A stretch of 64,000 nucleotides of DNA from an uncultured Candidatus Rokubacteria bacterium (GTDB taxonomy: Bacteria; Methylomirabilota; Methylomirabilia; Rokubacteriales; CSP1-6), in the NCBI GenBank assembly GCA_963754315.1, contig CAVWFS010000018.1:736001-800000 (forward strand), given 5' to 3'. This document shows, piece after piece, positions 30,598-41,394 of the stretch; the first letter of the stretch is position 1; each line of letters starts with the position of its first letter. A model generated the notes under the pieces. It had not been told where the DNA came from. It saw only the letters and a list, made by a program, of their open reading frames with translations, and did no database searches. The position numbers were made by a program, and so were the translations under genes.

Positions 30598-31671
30598 ATG
30601 GTGAACCGCCTCCCGCTGCACGCGCTCCACCTCGCGTCGGGAGCGACCTTCGCGACGCGCGATGGGTGGGAGTTGCCCGATTCTTACGGCGATCCCGCCG
30701 CCGAATACGCGGCTGTTCGCCAGGGGGTGGGGCTGATCGACCGTGGGGACCTCGGCGCGTTCGTGGTCACCGGGCGGGACCGCGCGGTCTTTCTACACGC
30801 GATGCTCACCAACGACGTGAAGTCGCTGGCGTCCGGACAAGGTGGGCGTGCTGCGCTTCTCGACATCCACGGCAAGGTGCAGGTCATTGTCCTCCTCCTG
30901 GCCGACGCCGAGGAGATTGTCGTGCTGACGCCGCCCGGCATGGCAACCCCCACCCTGGAGGCGCTCGACAAGTATCTCTTCTCCGAGAAGGCGTACTTCA
31001 AGGATACGAGCGCAGAGCTCGCGCCGATCGTGCTGGCCGGGCCAGAAGCCCCCGCCCTGGTTCTGAGACTCGCGGGCTCCCTGCCCGGTGAAGCGCGTTG
31101 GTCACATGCGTCTGCCTCGATCGCGGGCTTGACGGTGAAGCTCATCCGCGGCGGTGTCGACAGCGGCGAGCCGGAAATTTGGCTGCTCGGCCGCGCGGCG
31201 GACGGGCCAGCTCTCTGGCGGACGGCGCTGGAAGCGGGCGCACGGCCAGTCGGCCGTGCCGCCGAGGCGGCGCTGCGCATCGAGGCGGGAGCCGTGCGCT
31301 ACGGTCTCGACGTGGACAATACCGTGCTCTTGCCCGAGATACCCGCAGCGGACCTCGTGTCTTATGCCAAGGGCTGCTACATCGGCCAGGAGGTCGTGGT
31401 CCGCATTCGTGATCGTGGGCACGTCAACCGTCTCCTGCGCGGTCTCCTCGTGGAGGAGAATGTGGACGTGCCTCCGGTGGGGACGGGAGTCACGGTGGGC
31501 GATGTGGAGATTGGAAAGGTGACCAGCGCCGCGTGGTCCTACAAGCGGGCACGGCCGGTCGCGCTCGCCTTCGTCCGGCGCCAGCACGCGGAGCCAGGGA
31601 CGGCCGTGACCCTGTGTGCCGGCGCGCGCCGCTGGGCGGCGGCCGTCAGCGACCTGCCCTTCCCGTCGTAG
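30598..31671 (+). CDS. YgfZ/GcvT folate-binding protein
   Basis: [18 protein letters not shown]. Confidence 0.85.
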   Translation: MVNRLPLHALHLASGATFATRDGWELPDSYGDPAAEYAAVRQGVGLIDRGDLGAFVVTGRDRAVFLHAMLTNDVKSLASGQGGRAALLDIHGKVQVIVLLLADAEEIVVLTPPGMATPTLEALDKYLFSEKAYFKDTSAELAPIVLAGPEAPALVLRLAGSLPGEARWSHASASIAGLTVKLIRGGVDSGEPEIWLLGRAADGPALWRTALEAGARPVGRAAEAALRIEAGAVRYGLDVDNTVLLPEIPAADLVSYAKGCYIGQEVVVRIRDRGHVNRLLRGLLVEENVDVPPVGTGVTVGDVEIGKVTSAAWSYKRARPVALAFVRRQHAEPGTAVTLCAGARRWAAAVSDLPFPS

Positions 31672-31697
31672 CCTGGTCGTCCATCGGACCTTCTCAT

Positions 31698-33716
31698 ATG
31701 GGGACGAATCGTCTGGCGGGAGAGACCAGCCCATATCTTCTTCAACACGCCCACAATCCTGTGGACTGGTATCCGTGGGGCGAGGAGGCCTTCGCGCGAG
31801 CGCGGGCCGAGGACCGCCCGATCCTGCTCTCGGTTGGCTACTCGGCCTGCCACTGGTGTCACGTGATGGAGCGCGAGTCATTCGAGGACTCCGCCATTGC
31901 CGACCTCATGAACCAGCATTTCGTCAACGTGAAGGTCGACCGCGAGGAGCGCCCCGACGTCGACCACATCTACATGGAGGCGGTGCAGTCGTTGACGGGA
32001 CGGGGAGGGTGGCCCATGACGGTCTTCCTCACCCCCGAAGGCACGCCGTTTTACGGCGGGACCTACTTTCCGCCTGTTGATCGGCACGGGCTGCCCGGGT
32101 TCCCGCGTCTGCTGGGAGCCATCGCCGAGGCCTGGAAGGGACGGCGGAGTGAGGTCCTCGAGGCTGGCCGACGAATCTCGGAGCACCTCGGTCAAGCCGA
32201 ACGACTGCGAGGAAGCGTCGCCCTTCTCACCGAGGACGTTCTCTCGTCAGCCCTCCAGTCGCTCTCCGCTCAGTTCGACGACGCCCAGGGTGGCCTGCGA
32301 GGGGCGCCGAAGTTTCCGCAGCCGATGATCTGGGAGTTCGTCCTGCGCATGTGGAAGCGAACGGGCAACCCCCGCGCGCGCCAGATGGTGATGACCACGC
32401 TCACCCGGATGGCCCGCGGCGGAATGTACGACCAGCTCGGAGGTGGGTTTGCCCGCTACTCCGTGGACGACCGCTGGCTAGTGCCGCACTTCGAGAAGAT
32501 GCTGTACGACAATGCTCAGCTGGCCTCGCTCTATCTCGGGGGATGGCTTGCTTTCGGCGACCCCGAGTATCGGCGCGTCTGCGAGGAGACGCTCGATTAT
32601 GTGCTCCGCGAGATGACCGACCCTGCCGGCGGTTTCTATTCGGCGCAGGACGCGGACTCCGAGGGACACGAAGGCAAATTCTTCATGTGGTCGGCCGACG
32701 AGATCCGTGCCCTCCTCGGGCCCGCAGACGGGACCGCCGCCCTCAGCTATTGGGGCTTGGAGCAAGGGCCGAACTTCGAGGGCAGGAACATCCTCTTTGT
32801 GGCCGGCGAGCCGGACCCGGATCGCATGGCGGAAGCGAGGCGGCGGCTCTTCGCGGCGCGCGCGCAGCGCGTCCCTCCGGGACGTGACGACAAGGTCCTG
32901 GCGTCCTGGAACGGTCTGGCCTGCCGTGCCCTTGCCGAAGCCGGTCGCGCACTCGAGCGCGCCGACTGGGTGAGGGCAGCGATTCGCAACGCCGACTTCG
33001 TGCTGTCCGCCATGCGCCGTGATGACGGCCGTCTCTTGCGTACCTGGAAGCAAGGGCAGGCACGGCTGAACGGGTATCTCGAAGACCACGCTATGGTCGC
33101 CCTGGCGTTACTCGCTCTCTACGAGGCAACATTTCAGCGCCGCTGGCTTGACGAGGCGAGGGCGCTGGCGGACGCCATGCTCGCCCTCTTCTGGGATTCG
33201 AAGCTCGAGGGATTCTACGATACCGGGCTCGACCACGAGCCGCTCATCGTGCGTCCCCGCAATCTCTATGACAACGCGGTGCCCTGTGGTAGCTCGGTGG
33301 CCATTGAAGCCCTTCTGCGCCTCGGCGTTTTCACGGGTGACGCGCGATACGAGACCATTGCCCTTACGGCTCTACGTCCCATGGCCGACCTGATGGCAGG
33401 CCACGGCGGTGGGTTCGGCCGCTTCCTGGCCGCCCTCGATTTCCATCTGGGCCCGGTCGTCGAGGTGGCACTGATCTCACCCTCCGAAATCGACTGGCCG
33501 CCCCTGGCCGCGGAAGTCTTCGGCCGATATTTGCCCAACCGCGTGGTGGCGGGGATGGCGGTGAATGATGCCGGTGCGGCGGCCGGCATTCCACTGCTCG
33601 AAGGTCGAAGCGTCATCGACGGGCGGGCCACCGCGTATGTGTGCCGCCACTATACCTGTCGGATGCCCGTGACCGACCGCACCGATCTTGCGCGATTGTT
33701 AGATGGGGGGTCTTGA
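31698..33716 (+). CDS. Thioredoxin-domain protein (YyaL/SPATA20 family)
   Basis: [47 protein letters not shown]. Confidence 0.9.
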   Translation: MGTNRLAGETSPYLLQHAHNPVDWYPWGEEAFARARAEDRPILLSVGYSACHWCHVMERESFEDSAIADLMNQHFVNVKVDREERPDVDHIYMEAVQSLTGRGGWPMTVFLTPEGTPFYGGTYFPPVDRHGLPGFPRLLGAIAEAWKGRRSEVLEAGRRISEHLGQAERLRGSVALLTEDVLSSALQSLSAQFDDAQGGLRGAPKFPQPMIWEFVLRMWKRTGNPRARQMVMTTLTRMARGGMYDQLGGGFARYSVDDRWLVPHFEKMLYDNAQLASLYLGGWLAFGDPEYRRVCEETLDYVLREMTDPAGGFYSAQDADSEGHEGKFFMWSADEIRALLGPADGTAALSYWGLEQGPNFEGRNILFVAGEPDPDRMAEARRRLFAARAQRVPPGRDDKVLASWNGLACRALAEAGRALERADWVRAAIRNADFVLSAMRRDDGRLLRTWKQGQARLNGYLEDHAMVALALLALYEATFQRRWLDEARALADAMLALFWDSKLEGFYDTGLDHEPLIVRPRNLYDNAVPCGSSVAIEALLRLGVFTGDARYETIALTALRPMADLMAGHGGGFGRFLAALDFHLGPVVEVALISPSEIDWPPLAAEVFGRYLPNRVVAGMAVNDAGAAAGIPLLEGRSVIDGRATAYVCRHYTCRMPVTDRTDLARLLDGGS

Positions 33717-33735
33717 GAGCGCCCGTCGACCCTCC
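33704..33735. repeat. REP-like hairpin between convergent genes
   Basis: GGGGGGTC...GACCCTCC inverted repeat. Confidence 0.4.
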
Positions 33736-33765
33736 GGACATCCAGAGGTTTCAATGGACGTTCGA

Positions 33766-34983
33766 TTACCGGTAGGCGCAGGGGGGGACGACGGTGCGGT
33801 ACGGGGCCTGAGTGAGATGTCCCCCCGGCGGAAAGAGGCGAAGCTGCTCGGGGGCGGGACGCGTGCCCAGTCGTCGGCCACGTAGACTGACACACCAGGC
33901 GGCACGAACGGTGTCGACGCCAAGCCGCCGGAGATCCAAGGTATCGCGTATCGTTGCCGCGTGCCGCTCCGTTACCAGCGCCCGCGCAGCCCGTGGACCA
34001 ATACCCGGTACGCGGAGCAGCAGCTCGTATGGGGCCGAGGTGATCTCGACGGGAAACGTATCTGGATGCCGGAGCGCCCAGGTCGTCTTCGGATCGCGGT
34101 CAAGGGCAAGGTTACCGTCTGGCTCGAAGACGAGATCGTCATAGCGGAAGCCGTACTGACGCAACAGGTGCTCGGCCTGGTACAGTCGTAGCTCGCGGGC
34201 GGGGACCGTGGCCGGCGACCCTTCCATCGGCGTACCAACCACGGGCTGGAACGAGCTGAAATGGGCATGATGGAGCAGCCGCCGCGCTTGCAGGCGCGCG
34301 ACCAAGGCGAGAATCTCGTGATCGCGTTCCCCCGCCGCCCCGACCACGAACTGCGTGGTCGTCCCGGCCGTTCGGCGGCGGTCCGGTTGCGGCTCGAGAC
34401 GCTCCTCGAGCGAGAGCCGTCCCGCCAGTTCCAAGGTGGGCAGTAGATTCCCACTGAGGTCCTTCTCTGGAGCGAGCACCCTCACGTAGGCGTCCGTCGG
34501 TGCTTCGAGATTGATGGACACACGATTGGCCAGCGCTGCGGCGGCCTCGACCTGGGTCCGTTCGATGCCTGGCAATAGCTTGACGTGGATGTAGCCGCGG
34601 AAGCCTTGGCGGCGTCGCAGGATCTCCAGAGTGGCGAGCATGCGGTCCATCGCTCGATACGGACGGCCGGGGACTCCGGACGTGAGGAAGAGACCCTGCG
34701 CCAATCCTTTTCTGTTTGCCTCGACGAACGTGGTGGCGATCTCCTCGGGCGCGAGGGCCGTGCGTCGTACCTTGCCACCGCAATAGGTCGGACAATAGCC
34801 GCAGGAGAGCGAGCAGGCGTTGGTCTGCATCACGCGCATGAGCGTGGTAGACCCGCCGCCGGGAACGCGCACTCGCGTCACCCCAACCGGGCTTGCCGGT
34901 CCATTGAGGGCGCTCGGCACGCCATGCTCCCGATCGAGAGAACCAGCCTCGGTCAGCAGGGTCACTCGCTGTCGCCGATCCAC
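33766..34983 (-). CDS. Putative DNA modification/repair radical SAM protein with HhH motif
   Basis: TNACSLSCGYC, GLFLTSG, YIHVKLLPG, RVSINLE, RELRLYQAEHLLRQYGF, DPK, LLRVPGIG (TIGR03916-like). Confidence 0.85.
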   Translation of the reverse strand: MDRRQRVTLLTEAGSLDREHGVPSALNGPASPVGVTRVRVPGGGSTTLMRVMQTNACSLSCGYCPTYCGGKVRRTALAPEEIATTFVEANRKGLAQGLFLTSGVPGRPYRAMDRMLATLEILRRRQGFRGYIHVKLLPGIERTQVEAAAALANRVSINLEAPTDAYVRVLAPEKDLSGNLLPTLELAGRLSLEERLEPQPDRRRTAGTTTQFVVGAAGERDHEILALVARLQARRLLHHAHFSSFQPVVGTPMEGSPATVPARELRLYQAEHLLRQYGFRYDDLVFEPDGNLALDRDPKTTWALRHPDTFPVEITSAPYELLLRVPGIGPRAARALVTERHAATIRDTLDLRRLGVDTVRAAWCVSLRGRRLGTRPAPEQLRLFPPGGHLTQAPYRTVVPPCAYR

Positions 34984-34988
34984 GTCCC

Positions 34989-35020
34989 TATACTAAACAT
35001 AAGACGAGTATAAGAGTCAA
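34989..35020 (-). promoter_or_regulatory. Leaderless-type promoter with a dyad operator
   Basis: Minus strand TTGACT-N19-TAGTAT-N6-GTG; dyad TATACT-N12-AGTATA at 34989-35012. Confidence 0.55.
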
Positions 35021-35136
35021 GACGCTCCAATGAACGGGAGCCAATTCGCTGCCAGTCCGGATGGGCCTTGCGGACATGGAGGCAGGAGCCCTGTTGGTGG
35101 AAGCCCCGGAGCGCGCGTAGGATCGCGTAGGGTCGA

Positions 35137-35205
35137 GGGGCGGCCCGGGTTTCCCGGGTCGTCCCCGAGCGCAGGGGGGCATGGGGGGCCCTTTCGAGGC
35201 CCCCC
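35137..35205. repeat. Tandem GC-rich hairpins (REP-like) upstream of the acyl-CoA synthetase
   Basis: GGGGCGGCCCGGG-TTT-CCCGGGTCGTCCC and GGGGGGCC-CTTTCGA-GGCCCCCC. Confidence 0.6.
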
Positions 35206-35225
35206 TCTTAAACGGGAGACGCAAC

Positions 35226-37169
35226 ATGTCTGAACGCAGCGAGATCATCTGGCAACCGCCGCCGGGCTTCGCCGAGCGGACGCGAATCGGGCGGTTCATG
35301 GAGAGACTGGGGATCGGGTCGCTGGCCGAACTTCAGCGGCGGTCGATCGACGACCCTGAATGGTACTGGAGGCAAGTCAACGAAGAGTTCGGCCTGCGGT
35401 GGACGAAGCCGTTCCACCGTGTTCTGGACGCTTCGCGTGGGGCGGCATGGCCTCACTGGTTCGAGGGGGGAGAATTCAATCTTGCAGGGAATTGCCTCGA
35501 CAGAAATATCGACCTTGGCCGCGGGGCTCAGGCCGCCATCATCTGGGAGAGTGACGCGGGAGAAACTCGAACCTTGACGTATGCAGAGCTGGCCCGTGAG
35601 ACGGCGCGTCTGGCCAGCGGCCTGAGTGGGCTCGGCGTCGGCGCTGGCGACCGAGTAGGGATCTTTCTCCCGATGTGCCCGGAGGCAGCCATCGCTGTCC
35701 TCGCGGTGGCGCGTCTAGGCGCGATCTATACGCCCTGCTTCTCCGGCTACGGGGCTCAGGCGGTGGCTTCCCGTCTGCAAGACTGCGAGGCGAAAGTCCT
35801 CATCACCGCTGATAGCTTTCAGCGTCGCGGGCAGGTGGTGCGAATGAAGCAAACTGCCGACGAGGCGGCCGCCGCTTCGCCGTCAGTTCGTCACGTTGTG
35901 GTCGTGCGCCGCCAGGGCGCCGACGTTCCCTGGATCGCGGGTCGCGATCGTTGGTGGGATGAGGTCGTTGCCGGCCAGCCAGAGACCATCGCGGCTGGGG
36001 CCACCGCGGCCGACACCGCCTGTCTCATCATCTACACTTCTGGGACCACCGGCCGCCCCAAGGGTGCTGTTCTCACCCACGGTGGCTTCACCATCAAGAC
36101 CGCGCATGATTTCGCGTTTGTCATGGACGTACGCGAAGGCGATCGCCTCTTCTGGCTCTCCGATCTCGGCTGGCTGATGGGTCCTATGCTCATTACGGCT
36201 GCCCTCGTGCATGGCGCCACCGCCGTACTGTTCGAGGGTGTTCCCGATTTTCCCGAACCAGACCGCCTGTGGGCGCTTGCTGAACGGTGGCGGATGAGCG
36301 TCATGGGGCTGTCCCCGACTGCCGTGAGGGCGCTGATGCCGCATGGCGACAGCTGGCCGGCGAGCCACGATCTGACGTCGCTGCGCATATTCGGCTCGAC
36401 GGGCGAGCCATGGAACCCCGAGCCGTACCGCTGGCTCTTCGAGAACGTGGGGCAGGGCCGCGTGCCCATCATGAACTACTCGGGAGGCACCGAGATCTCG
36501 GGGGGCATCATCGGGTCATTTCCGATCACGCCCATCAAGCCCTGTTCCTTTGCTGGACCGATCCCGGGCATGGCGGCCGAGGTGTTTGACGACGACGGCA
36601 AGCCGGTCCGTGGCCAGGTCGGTGAGCTTGTGGTCACGCGGCCCTGGCCTGGCATGACGTCGGGCTTCTGGAAGGACCCGGCGCGATACGAACAGACGTA
36701 CTGGTCTCGCTGGCCCGACGTCTGGGTCCATGGTGACTGGGCGTACATCGACGACGACGGGTTTTGGTTTCTCCAGGGGCGGTCCGACGACACGCTCAAG
36801 ATCGCCGGCAAGCGACTGGGACCGGCCGAGGTCGAGTCGGTCCTCGTGGGACACGAGGCGGTCGCCGAAGCGGCGACTATCGGCGTTCCCCATGAGATCA
36901 AGGGCGAAGCCATCGTGTGCTTTGCCGTGCTCAAGCCCGGGCATTCGCCATCGGAGGCGCTGCGCACGGCGTTGTCGGACCGTGTGGCACAGCAAATGGG
37001 CAAGGCCCTCAAGCCGGAGCGGGTGCTGTTCGTGCGCGAGTTGCCGAAGACGCGGAGCGCGAAGATCATGCGCCGGGTAATCCGCGCCACCTATCTCGGC
37101 AAAGACCCGGGGGATTTGTCGTCGCTGGAGAGCCCTGGCGCGGTACGCGCCATCGCGAGCGCTGTGTAG
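35226..37169 (+). CDS. Acetyl-CoA synthetase family (AMP-forming)
   Basis: YTSGTTGRPKG, STGEPWN, SGGTE, HGD, GRSDD, LPKTRSAK. Confidence 0.9.
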   Translation: MSERSEIIWQPPPGFAERTRIGRFMERLGIGSLAELQRRSIDDPEWYWRQVNEEFGLRWTKPFHRVLDASRGAAWPHWFEGGEFNLAGNCLDRNIDLGRGAQAAIIWESDAGETRTLTYAELARETARLASGLSGLGVGAGDRVGIFLPMCPEAAIAVLAVARLGAIYTPCFSGYGAQAVASRLQDCEAKVLITADSFQRRGQVVRMKQTADEAAAASPSVRHVVVVRRQGADVPWIAGRDRWWDEVVAGQPETIAAGATAADTACLIIYTSGTTGRPKGAVLTHGGFTIKTAHDFAFVMDVREGDRLFWLSDLGWLMGPMLITAALVHGATAVLFEGVPDFPEPDRLWALAERWRMSVMGLSPTAVRALMPHGDSWPASHDLTSLRIFGSTGEPWNPEPYRWLFENVGQGRVPIMNYSGGTEISGGIIGSFPITPIKPCSFAGPIPGMAAEVFDDDGKPVRGQVGELVVTRPWPGMTSGFWKDPARYEQTYWSRWPDVWVHGDWAYIDDDGFWFLQGRSDDTLKIAGKRLGPAEVESVLVGHEAVAEAATIGVPHEIKGEAIVCFAVLKPGHSPSEALRTALSDRVAQQMGKALKPERVLFVRELPKTRSAKIMRRVIRATYLGKDPGDLSSLESPGAVRAIASAV

Positions 37170-37184
37170 GGTATACTGCCATTG

Positions 37185-37274
37185 ATGTCGTGGGGGGAGG
37201 TCACCTGAGAACCGGGTGCGGCCCGGGACCCCTCGAACCTGATCTGGGCAATGCCAGCGAAGGGAACACGACAT
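37185..37274 (+). ncRNA. TPP riboswitch
   Basis: GGGG..CTGAGA..ACCC..GAACCTGATCTGGGCAATGCCAGCGAAGGGA; P1 ATGTCGTG/CACGACAT; upstream -10 TATACT (37172-37177); precedes thiSGE. Confidence 0.93.
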
Positions 37275-37286
37275 GCGAAGCGATGA

Positions 37287-37323
37287 GCGGCCGCGCCCTT
37301 TGGCAGCGGCCGTTTGTGTTTTT
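37287..37323 (+). terminator. Intrinsic terminator of the TPP riboswitch expression platform
   Basis: GCGGCCGC...GCGGCCGT stem followed by TTGTGTTTTT. Confidence 0.7.
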
Positions 37324-37345
37324 AGGAAACGATGAAGGGTGCCTG

Positions 37346-37549
37346 ATGACGATAACCGTCAACGGCAAGGCTATGGAGGTCGGGGAGGAGCTGAGCGTGG
37401 AAGCGTTGCTTGCCCAGCTCGGGATACCGCGGATGTTCACGGCTGTGGCCATCAACCGTGACATCATGCCCAAGAGTTCCTATGCGTCCACTCGACTTTC
37501 GGCCGGCGATCGCGTGGAGATCGTTCGGCCCATGGGGGGTGGCGCCTAA
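37346..37549 (+). CDS. thiS: Sulfur carrier protein ThiS
   Basis: MTITVNG...AVAIN...GDRVEIVRPMGGGA. Confidence 0.9.
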   Translation: MTITVNGKAMEVGEELSVEALLAQLGIPRMFTAVAINRDIMPKSSYASTRLSAGDRVEIVRPMGGGA

Positions 37550-37588
37550 GCGGTCTGGCGCGGGCGGCGCCCAGGCAGGAGATCAGCC

Positions 37589-38371
37589 ATGTACGACACC
37601 AACCTGACGCTTGGGAGCAAGGAGTTCACGTCGAGGCTCATCGTGGGCACCGGCAAGTACTCGTCTCACGACGTTATGCGTCGCGCCATCGAGGAGTCCG
37701 GGGCCGAGGTGGTCACGGTGGCCATCCGCCGGGTCAATCTCGACGGAACCGGCGAGTCCCTCCTAGACCATCTCGATCTGAAGCGCTACACCCTGCTGCC
37801 GAATACGGCTGGATGCTACACAGCGGATGACGCGATCCGCACCGCCTACCTCGCCCGCGAAGCGGGGCTTGGCGAGCTGGTCAAGCTTGAGGTCATCGGC
37901 GACGCACGAACGTTGTTTCCGGACGCGGCGGGTCTGCTGGAAGCCACCCGCGTTCTCGTGAAGGAAGGCTTCACTGTGTTGCCGTACACCAACGATGACC
38001 CGGTGATGGCCAAGCGTCTTGAGGATGCGGGGGCCGCGGTGGTGATGCCACTGGGCGCACCCATCGGGTCTGGTCTCGGCATCCGAAATCCCTACAACAT
38101 CAAGATCATCCTGGAATCGGTGTCTGTTCCGGTGATCGTCGATGCGGGGGTGGGGACCGCGTCGGACGCGGCGGTCGCCATGGAGCTAGGCTGCGATGGG
38201 GTGCTGATGAATACGGCCATCGCCAGCGCGGGTGATCCCGTGGCCATGGCGCGCGCGATGAAGTTGGCGGTCGAGGCAGGGCGCCTGGCATGTCGTGCGG
38301 GACGGATGAGTAAGAAGCTTTACGCGAACGCGTCCTCTCCACTCGAGGGCGTCCCCGATTGGACCAGCTGA
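37589..38371 (+). CDS. thiG: Thiazole synthase
   Basis: [36 protein letters not shown]. Confidence 0.95.
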   Translation: MYDTNLTLGSKEFTSRLIVGTGKYSSHDVMRRAIEESGAEVVTVAIRRVNLDGTGESLLDHLDLKRYTLLPNTAGCYTADDAIRTAYLAREAGLGELVKLEVIGDARTLFPDAAGLLEATRVLVKEGFTVLPYTNDDPVMAKRLEDAGAAVVMPLGAPIGSGLGIRNPYNIKIILESVSVPVIVDAGVGTASDAAVAMELGCDGVLMNTAIASAGDPVAMARAMKLAVEAGRLACRAGRMSKKLYANASSPLEGVPDWTS

Positions 38372-38982
38372 GGCTCTGCCTCGTCACTGACCGTCACCAG
38401 ACACGCGGGCGTGACCTCGTGACCCTCGTCGGCGATTGTGTCGCCGCCGGGCTTCCGTCCGTTCAGGTGCGTGAGAAGGATCTCGGCGCGGGCGCCCTGG
38501 CGGCGCTCTGCCGACAGCTTCTCTCCGTTACCCTCCACAGTCTCTTCATTGTCAATGACCGTGTGGATGTCGCGCTGGCGACTGGCGCTGGAGGCGTCCA
38601 GCGGACCTCCACGTCGCTGGCCGTCCGGGACATACGGCAGGTGGTGGGACGATCTCTCTACGTGGGTGGGTCGGTCCATTCGCTGGAGGAGTCGATTGAG
38701 GCTGAGACCGAAGGGGCCGATTGGCTTATCTTCGGTCCTGTGTACGACACGCCATCCAAGAGAGCCTACGGGTCCCCGCAAGGGCTCACGGCGCTGGCAC
38801 GAGTCGCCAAGACCGTGACCATTCCGGTCATCGCCATCGGTGGCATCACGCCCGAGCGCGTGGCGGAGGTTCGGGAGGCGGGCGCGCAGGGCGTGGCGGT
38901 CATTTCTGCGGTGCTGTCCGCCCCATCACCAGGGGACGCGGTGCGCCGTTTTCTAGACGCGCTGGACCACGCGAGGTCATGA
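38359..38982 (+). CDS. thiE: Thiamine phosphate synthase/TenI family
   Basis: QVREK, NDRVD, SVHS, TPSK, AIGGI. Confidence 0.8.
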   Translation: MDQLRLCLVTDRHQTRGRDLVTLVGDCVAAGLPSVQVREKDLGAGALAALCRQLLSVTLHSLFIVNDRVDVALATGAGGVQRTSTSLAVRDIRQVVGRSLYVGGSVHSLEESIEAETEGADWLIFGPVYDTPSKRAYGSPQGLTALARVAKTVTIPVIAIGGITPERVAEVREAGAQGVAVISAVLSAPSPGDAVRRFLDALDHARS

Positions 38983-39046
38983 AGCTGGCAACCCCACGTC
39001 GATCCCCGCGAGTTTTTCTCCGACCGTTTCTTACGAGGCGACACTC

Positions 39047-40375
39047 ATGACGCGAGACGAGATCAAGCGAGAGGTCTTCCGAGCCATCGACCGGCGGGCA
39101 GAGGACATCATCGGGCTCGGCGAAGCCATTCGTGGCCACCCTGAGCTCGGGTTCAAGGAGGTGAAAACCGCTCGGCTGGTTGAGGAGACGCTGAGCCGGT
39201 TGGGCCTGAGCCCGAAAACAGGGCTGGCCCTCACGGGAGTTCGGGCGGATCTATCGGGGAAGGCTGGCGCCGGCCCGACCCTCGCCCTGTTAGGCGAGCT
39301 GGATGCCCTGGTTGTGGCCGGTCACCCCGAGGCCGACCCCGGAACCGGAGCCGCGCATGCCTGCGGTCACAATGCTCAGATCGCGGGACTACTCGGCGCA
39401 GCCATGGGGCTTGTCGAGGCCAACACCTCCGAACATTTGGCCGGCCGGATTGCGTTCTTTGCGGTTCCGGCCGAGGAGTATGGGGATATCGCGTGGCGGG
39501 TGGAGCAGACGCGCCAGGGCAAGCTGGAGTTTCTCGGCGGTAAGCCGGAGCTGCTGAGGCAGGGCCATTTTGACGATATCCAGCTGGCCATGATGATTCA
39601 TACGACCTCCCGGCCCGAGGATGGCAAGGCGGGTGTGCCGGGCTCGAATAACGGTTGTATCGTCAAGACCGTCCGCTACACCGGCAAGGCCGCCCATGCC
39701 GGGGGGGCCCCCCACCTTGGCGTGAACGCTCTCTACGCGGCGACCATCGGCCTCAATGCCATCAACGCCATCCGTGAGACGTTCCGCGATGAGGACACGA
39801 TTCGCGTGCACCCGATCATCACCCACGGTGGCTCGCAGGTGAACGTGATCCCGTCCGACGTGCGGATCGAGACCTACGTTCGAGGACGCACAGTTCAGGC
39901 CATTGCCGACGCCGAGCTCAAGGTGGACCGCGCGCTCAAGGCGGGTGCGCTCGCGCTGGGCGCGACGGTGGAAATCGAGACGCTGCCTGGGTATCTTCCC
40001 ATGCAGTGCGACGCAGTCATGGCGCGGTACTTCAGGGAGACGGCGACGGCTCTCGTCGGCGCCGAGCACTACCGTCAGATCGGTCACCGGACTGGTTCCA
40101 CCGACATGGGTGACCTCAGCCAGATCATGCCAATCCTCCATCCCTACCTAGGAGGGGCGCGTGGCTCAGGGCACGGCGCGGATTTCGCCATCGTCGACAA
40201 GAACCTCGCCTACGTGGCGATGGCGAAGGCTTTGGCCGCTATGGCGGTGGACATGCTGTCTGATGGTGCCCACGGCGCCCAGGAGGTCCTTGCCCAGTCC
40301 CGACCGAACATGACCCGGGAGGGTTACCTTGCCTTCCAGCGGGGGCTGGCGCGCCGAGAGACGTACTCCGGCTGA
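39047..40375 (+). CDS. M20-family amidohydrolase
   Basis: HPELGFKE, ELDAL, HACGH, PAEE, GSTDMGD. Confidence 0.88.
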   Translation: MTRDEIKREVFRAIDRRAEDIIGLGEAIRGHPELGFKEVKTARLVEETLSRLGLSPKTGLALTGVRADLSGKAGAGPTLALLGELDALVVAGHPEADPGTGAAHACGHNAQIAGLLGAAMGLVEANTSEHLAGRIAFFAVPAEEYGDIAWRVEQTRQGKLEFLGGKPELLRQGHFDDIQLAMMIHTTSRPEDGKAGVPGSNNGCIVKTVRYTGKAAHAGGAPHLGVNALYAATIGLNAINAIRETFRDEDTIRVHPIITHGGSQVNVIPSDVRIETYVRGRTVQAIADAELKVDRALKAGALALGATVEIETLPGYLPMQCDAVMARYFRETATALVGAEHYRQIGHRTGSTDMGDLSQIMPILHPYLGGARGSGHGADFAIVDKNLAYVAMAKALAAMAVDMLSDGAHGAQEVLAQSRPNMTREGYLAFQRGLARRETYSG

Positions 40376-40385
40376 GCCGAGCACG

Positions 40386-41189
40386 ATGTACGGGCGTCCG
40401 AGCGTGACCTTTCCGACGCGGGTGGTTTGTCTCACCGCAGAAACGACCGAGATCGCCTTCCTGGTTGGCGCGGGGGATCGCGTGGTCGGAGTTCCCGGCA
40501 CCGTCCGAAGGCCCGAGGCCGCCCGGTCGAAGGCTCGGGTAGGAGGTTTCACCACGTTCAGGCTCGAGCGCATTCTGGCGCTCGAGCCTGAGCTGGTGCT
40601 GGCCTTCTCAGATCTCCAGAGGGACATCGTGGCCGAACTGGTGGCGGCCGGGCTCAACGTGCTCTGCACCAACCAGCGGTCTTTCGATGAGACCTTGACG
40701 GCCATCATGCTCGTGGGAGGGGTACTTGGTTGTGAGGCTGGCGCCCGCGCGATCGTCGCCGACATGCGCGACGAGGTCAGGCAAATCCGAGAATACTCGA
40801 GTGGGTGGCCCGACCGCCCTCGAGTCTACTTCGAGGAATGGCCCGAACCACCCATTGCTGGCATACGCTGGGTATCAGAACTGATCGAGATAGCGGGAGG
40901 GCAGGATATCTTCCCCGAACTTCGCGCTGAGCGCGCCGCGGCTGGACGACGGGTCACCGTTGAGGAGGTTGCACGACGCGATCCCGAGGTCATTCTCGCG
41001 TCCTGGTGTGGTAAACCGGTCGATCGCAAGGCGCTCTTGGCCAGGCCGGGCTGGGAGCGAATCACCGCCGTCCGACTCGGACAGGTCTACGAACTGGAAG
41101 GTGCCGACGTGCTCGCCCCCGGCCCGTCCTTGATGGTCGGTCTCCGCCAGATTCACGAAATCATTCAGGTCTACCAGGCCGCCCGCTGA
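40386..41189 (+). CDS. BtuF/TroA-like cobalamin or siderophore-binding protein, no obvious signal peptide
   Basis: RVVCLTAETTE, FSDLQ, RPRVYFEEW, ASWCGK. Confidence 0.8.
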   Translation: MYGRPSVTFPTRVVCLTAETTEIAFLVGAGDRVVGVPGTVRRPEAARSKARVGGFTTFRLERILALEPELVLAFSDLQRDIVAELVAAGLNVLCTNQRSFDETLTAIMLVGGVLGCEAGARAIVADMRDEVRQIREYSSGWPDRPRVYFEEWPEPPIAGIRWVSELIEIAGGQDIFPELRAERAAAGRRVTVEEVARRDPEVILASWCGKPVDRKALLARPGWERITAVRLGQVYELEGADVLAPGPSLMVGLRQIHEIIQVYQAAR

Positions 41190-41394
41190 ACACCCACCCC
41201 CCACGGCCAGAGCCTTCTGCGAGGGCAAAAGGACCATAGCGGCGCGGAGTAGCGGCGCCTAACTGCCGAGGGGGATCGGGAGACACCCGGGGTAGGGAAG
41301 CGCCGTCGAGGCCCCATGTACAATAGTTTTGGGGAGTCGGACTGGGTCGCGCTAGCATTGGGACCCGCCGCACCATCCTGGGGAGCCAGAACGA

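Noticed and set aside
41190..41394. Possible riboswitch or ncRNA between the BtuF-like gene and tldD
   Set aside because: No cobalamin or c-di-GMP consensus was found; only a -10-like TACAAT at 41319-41324
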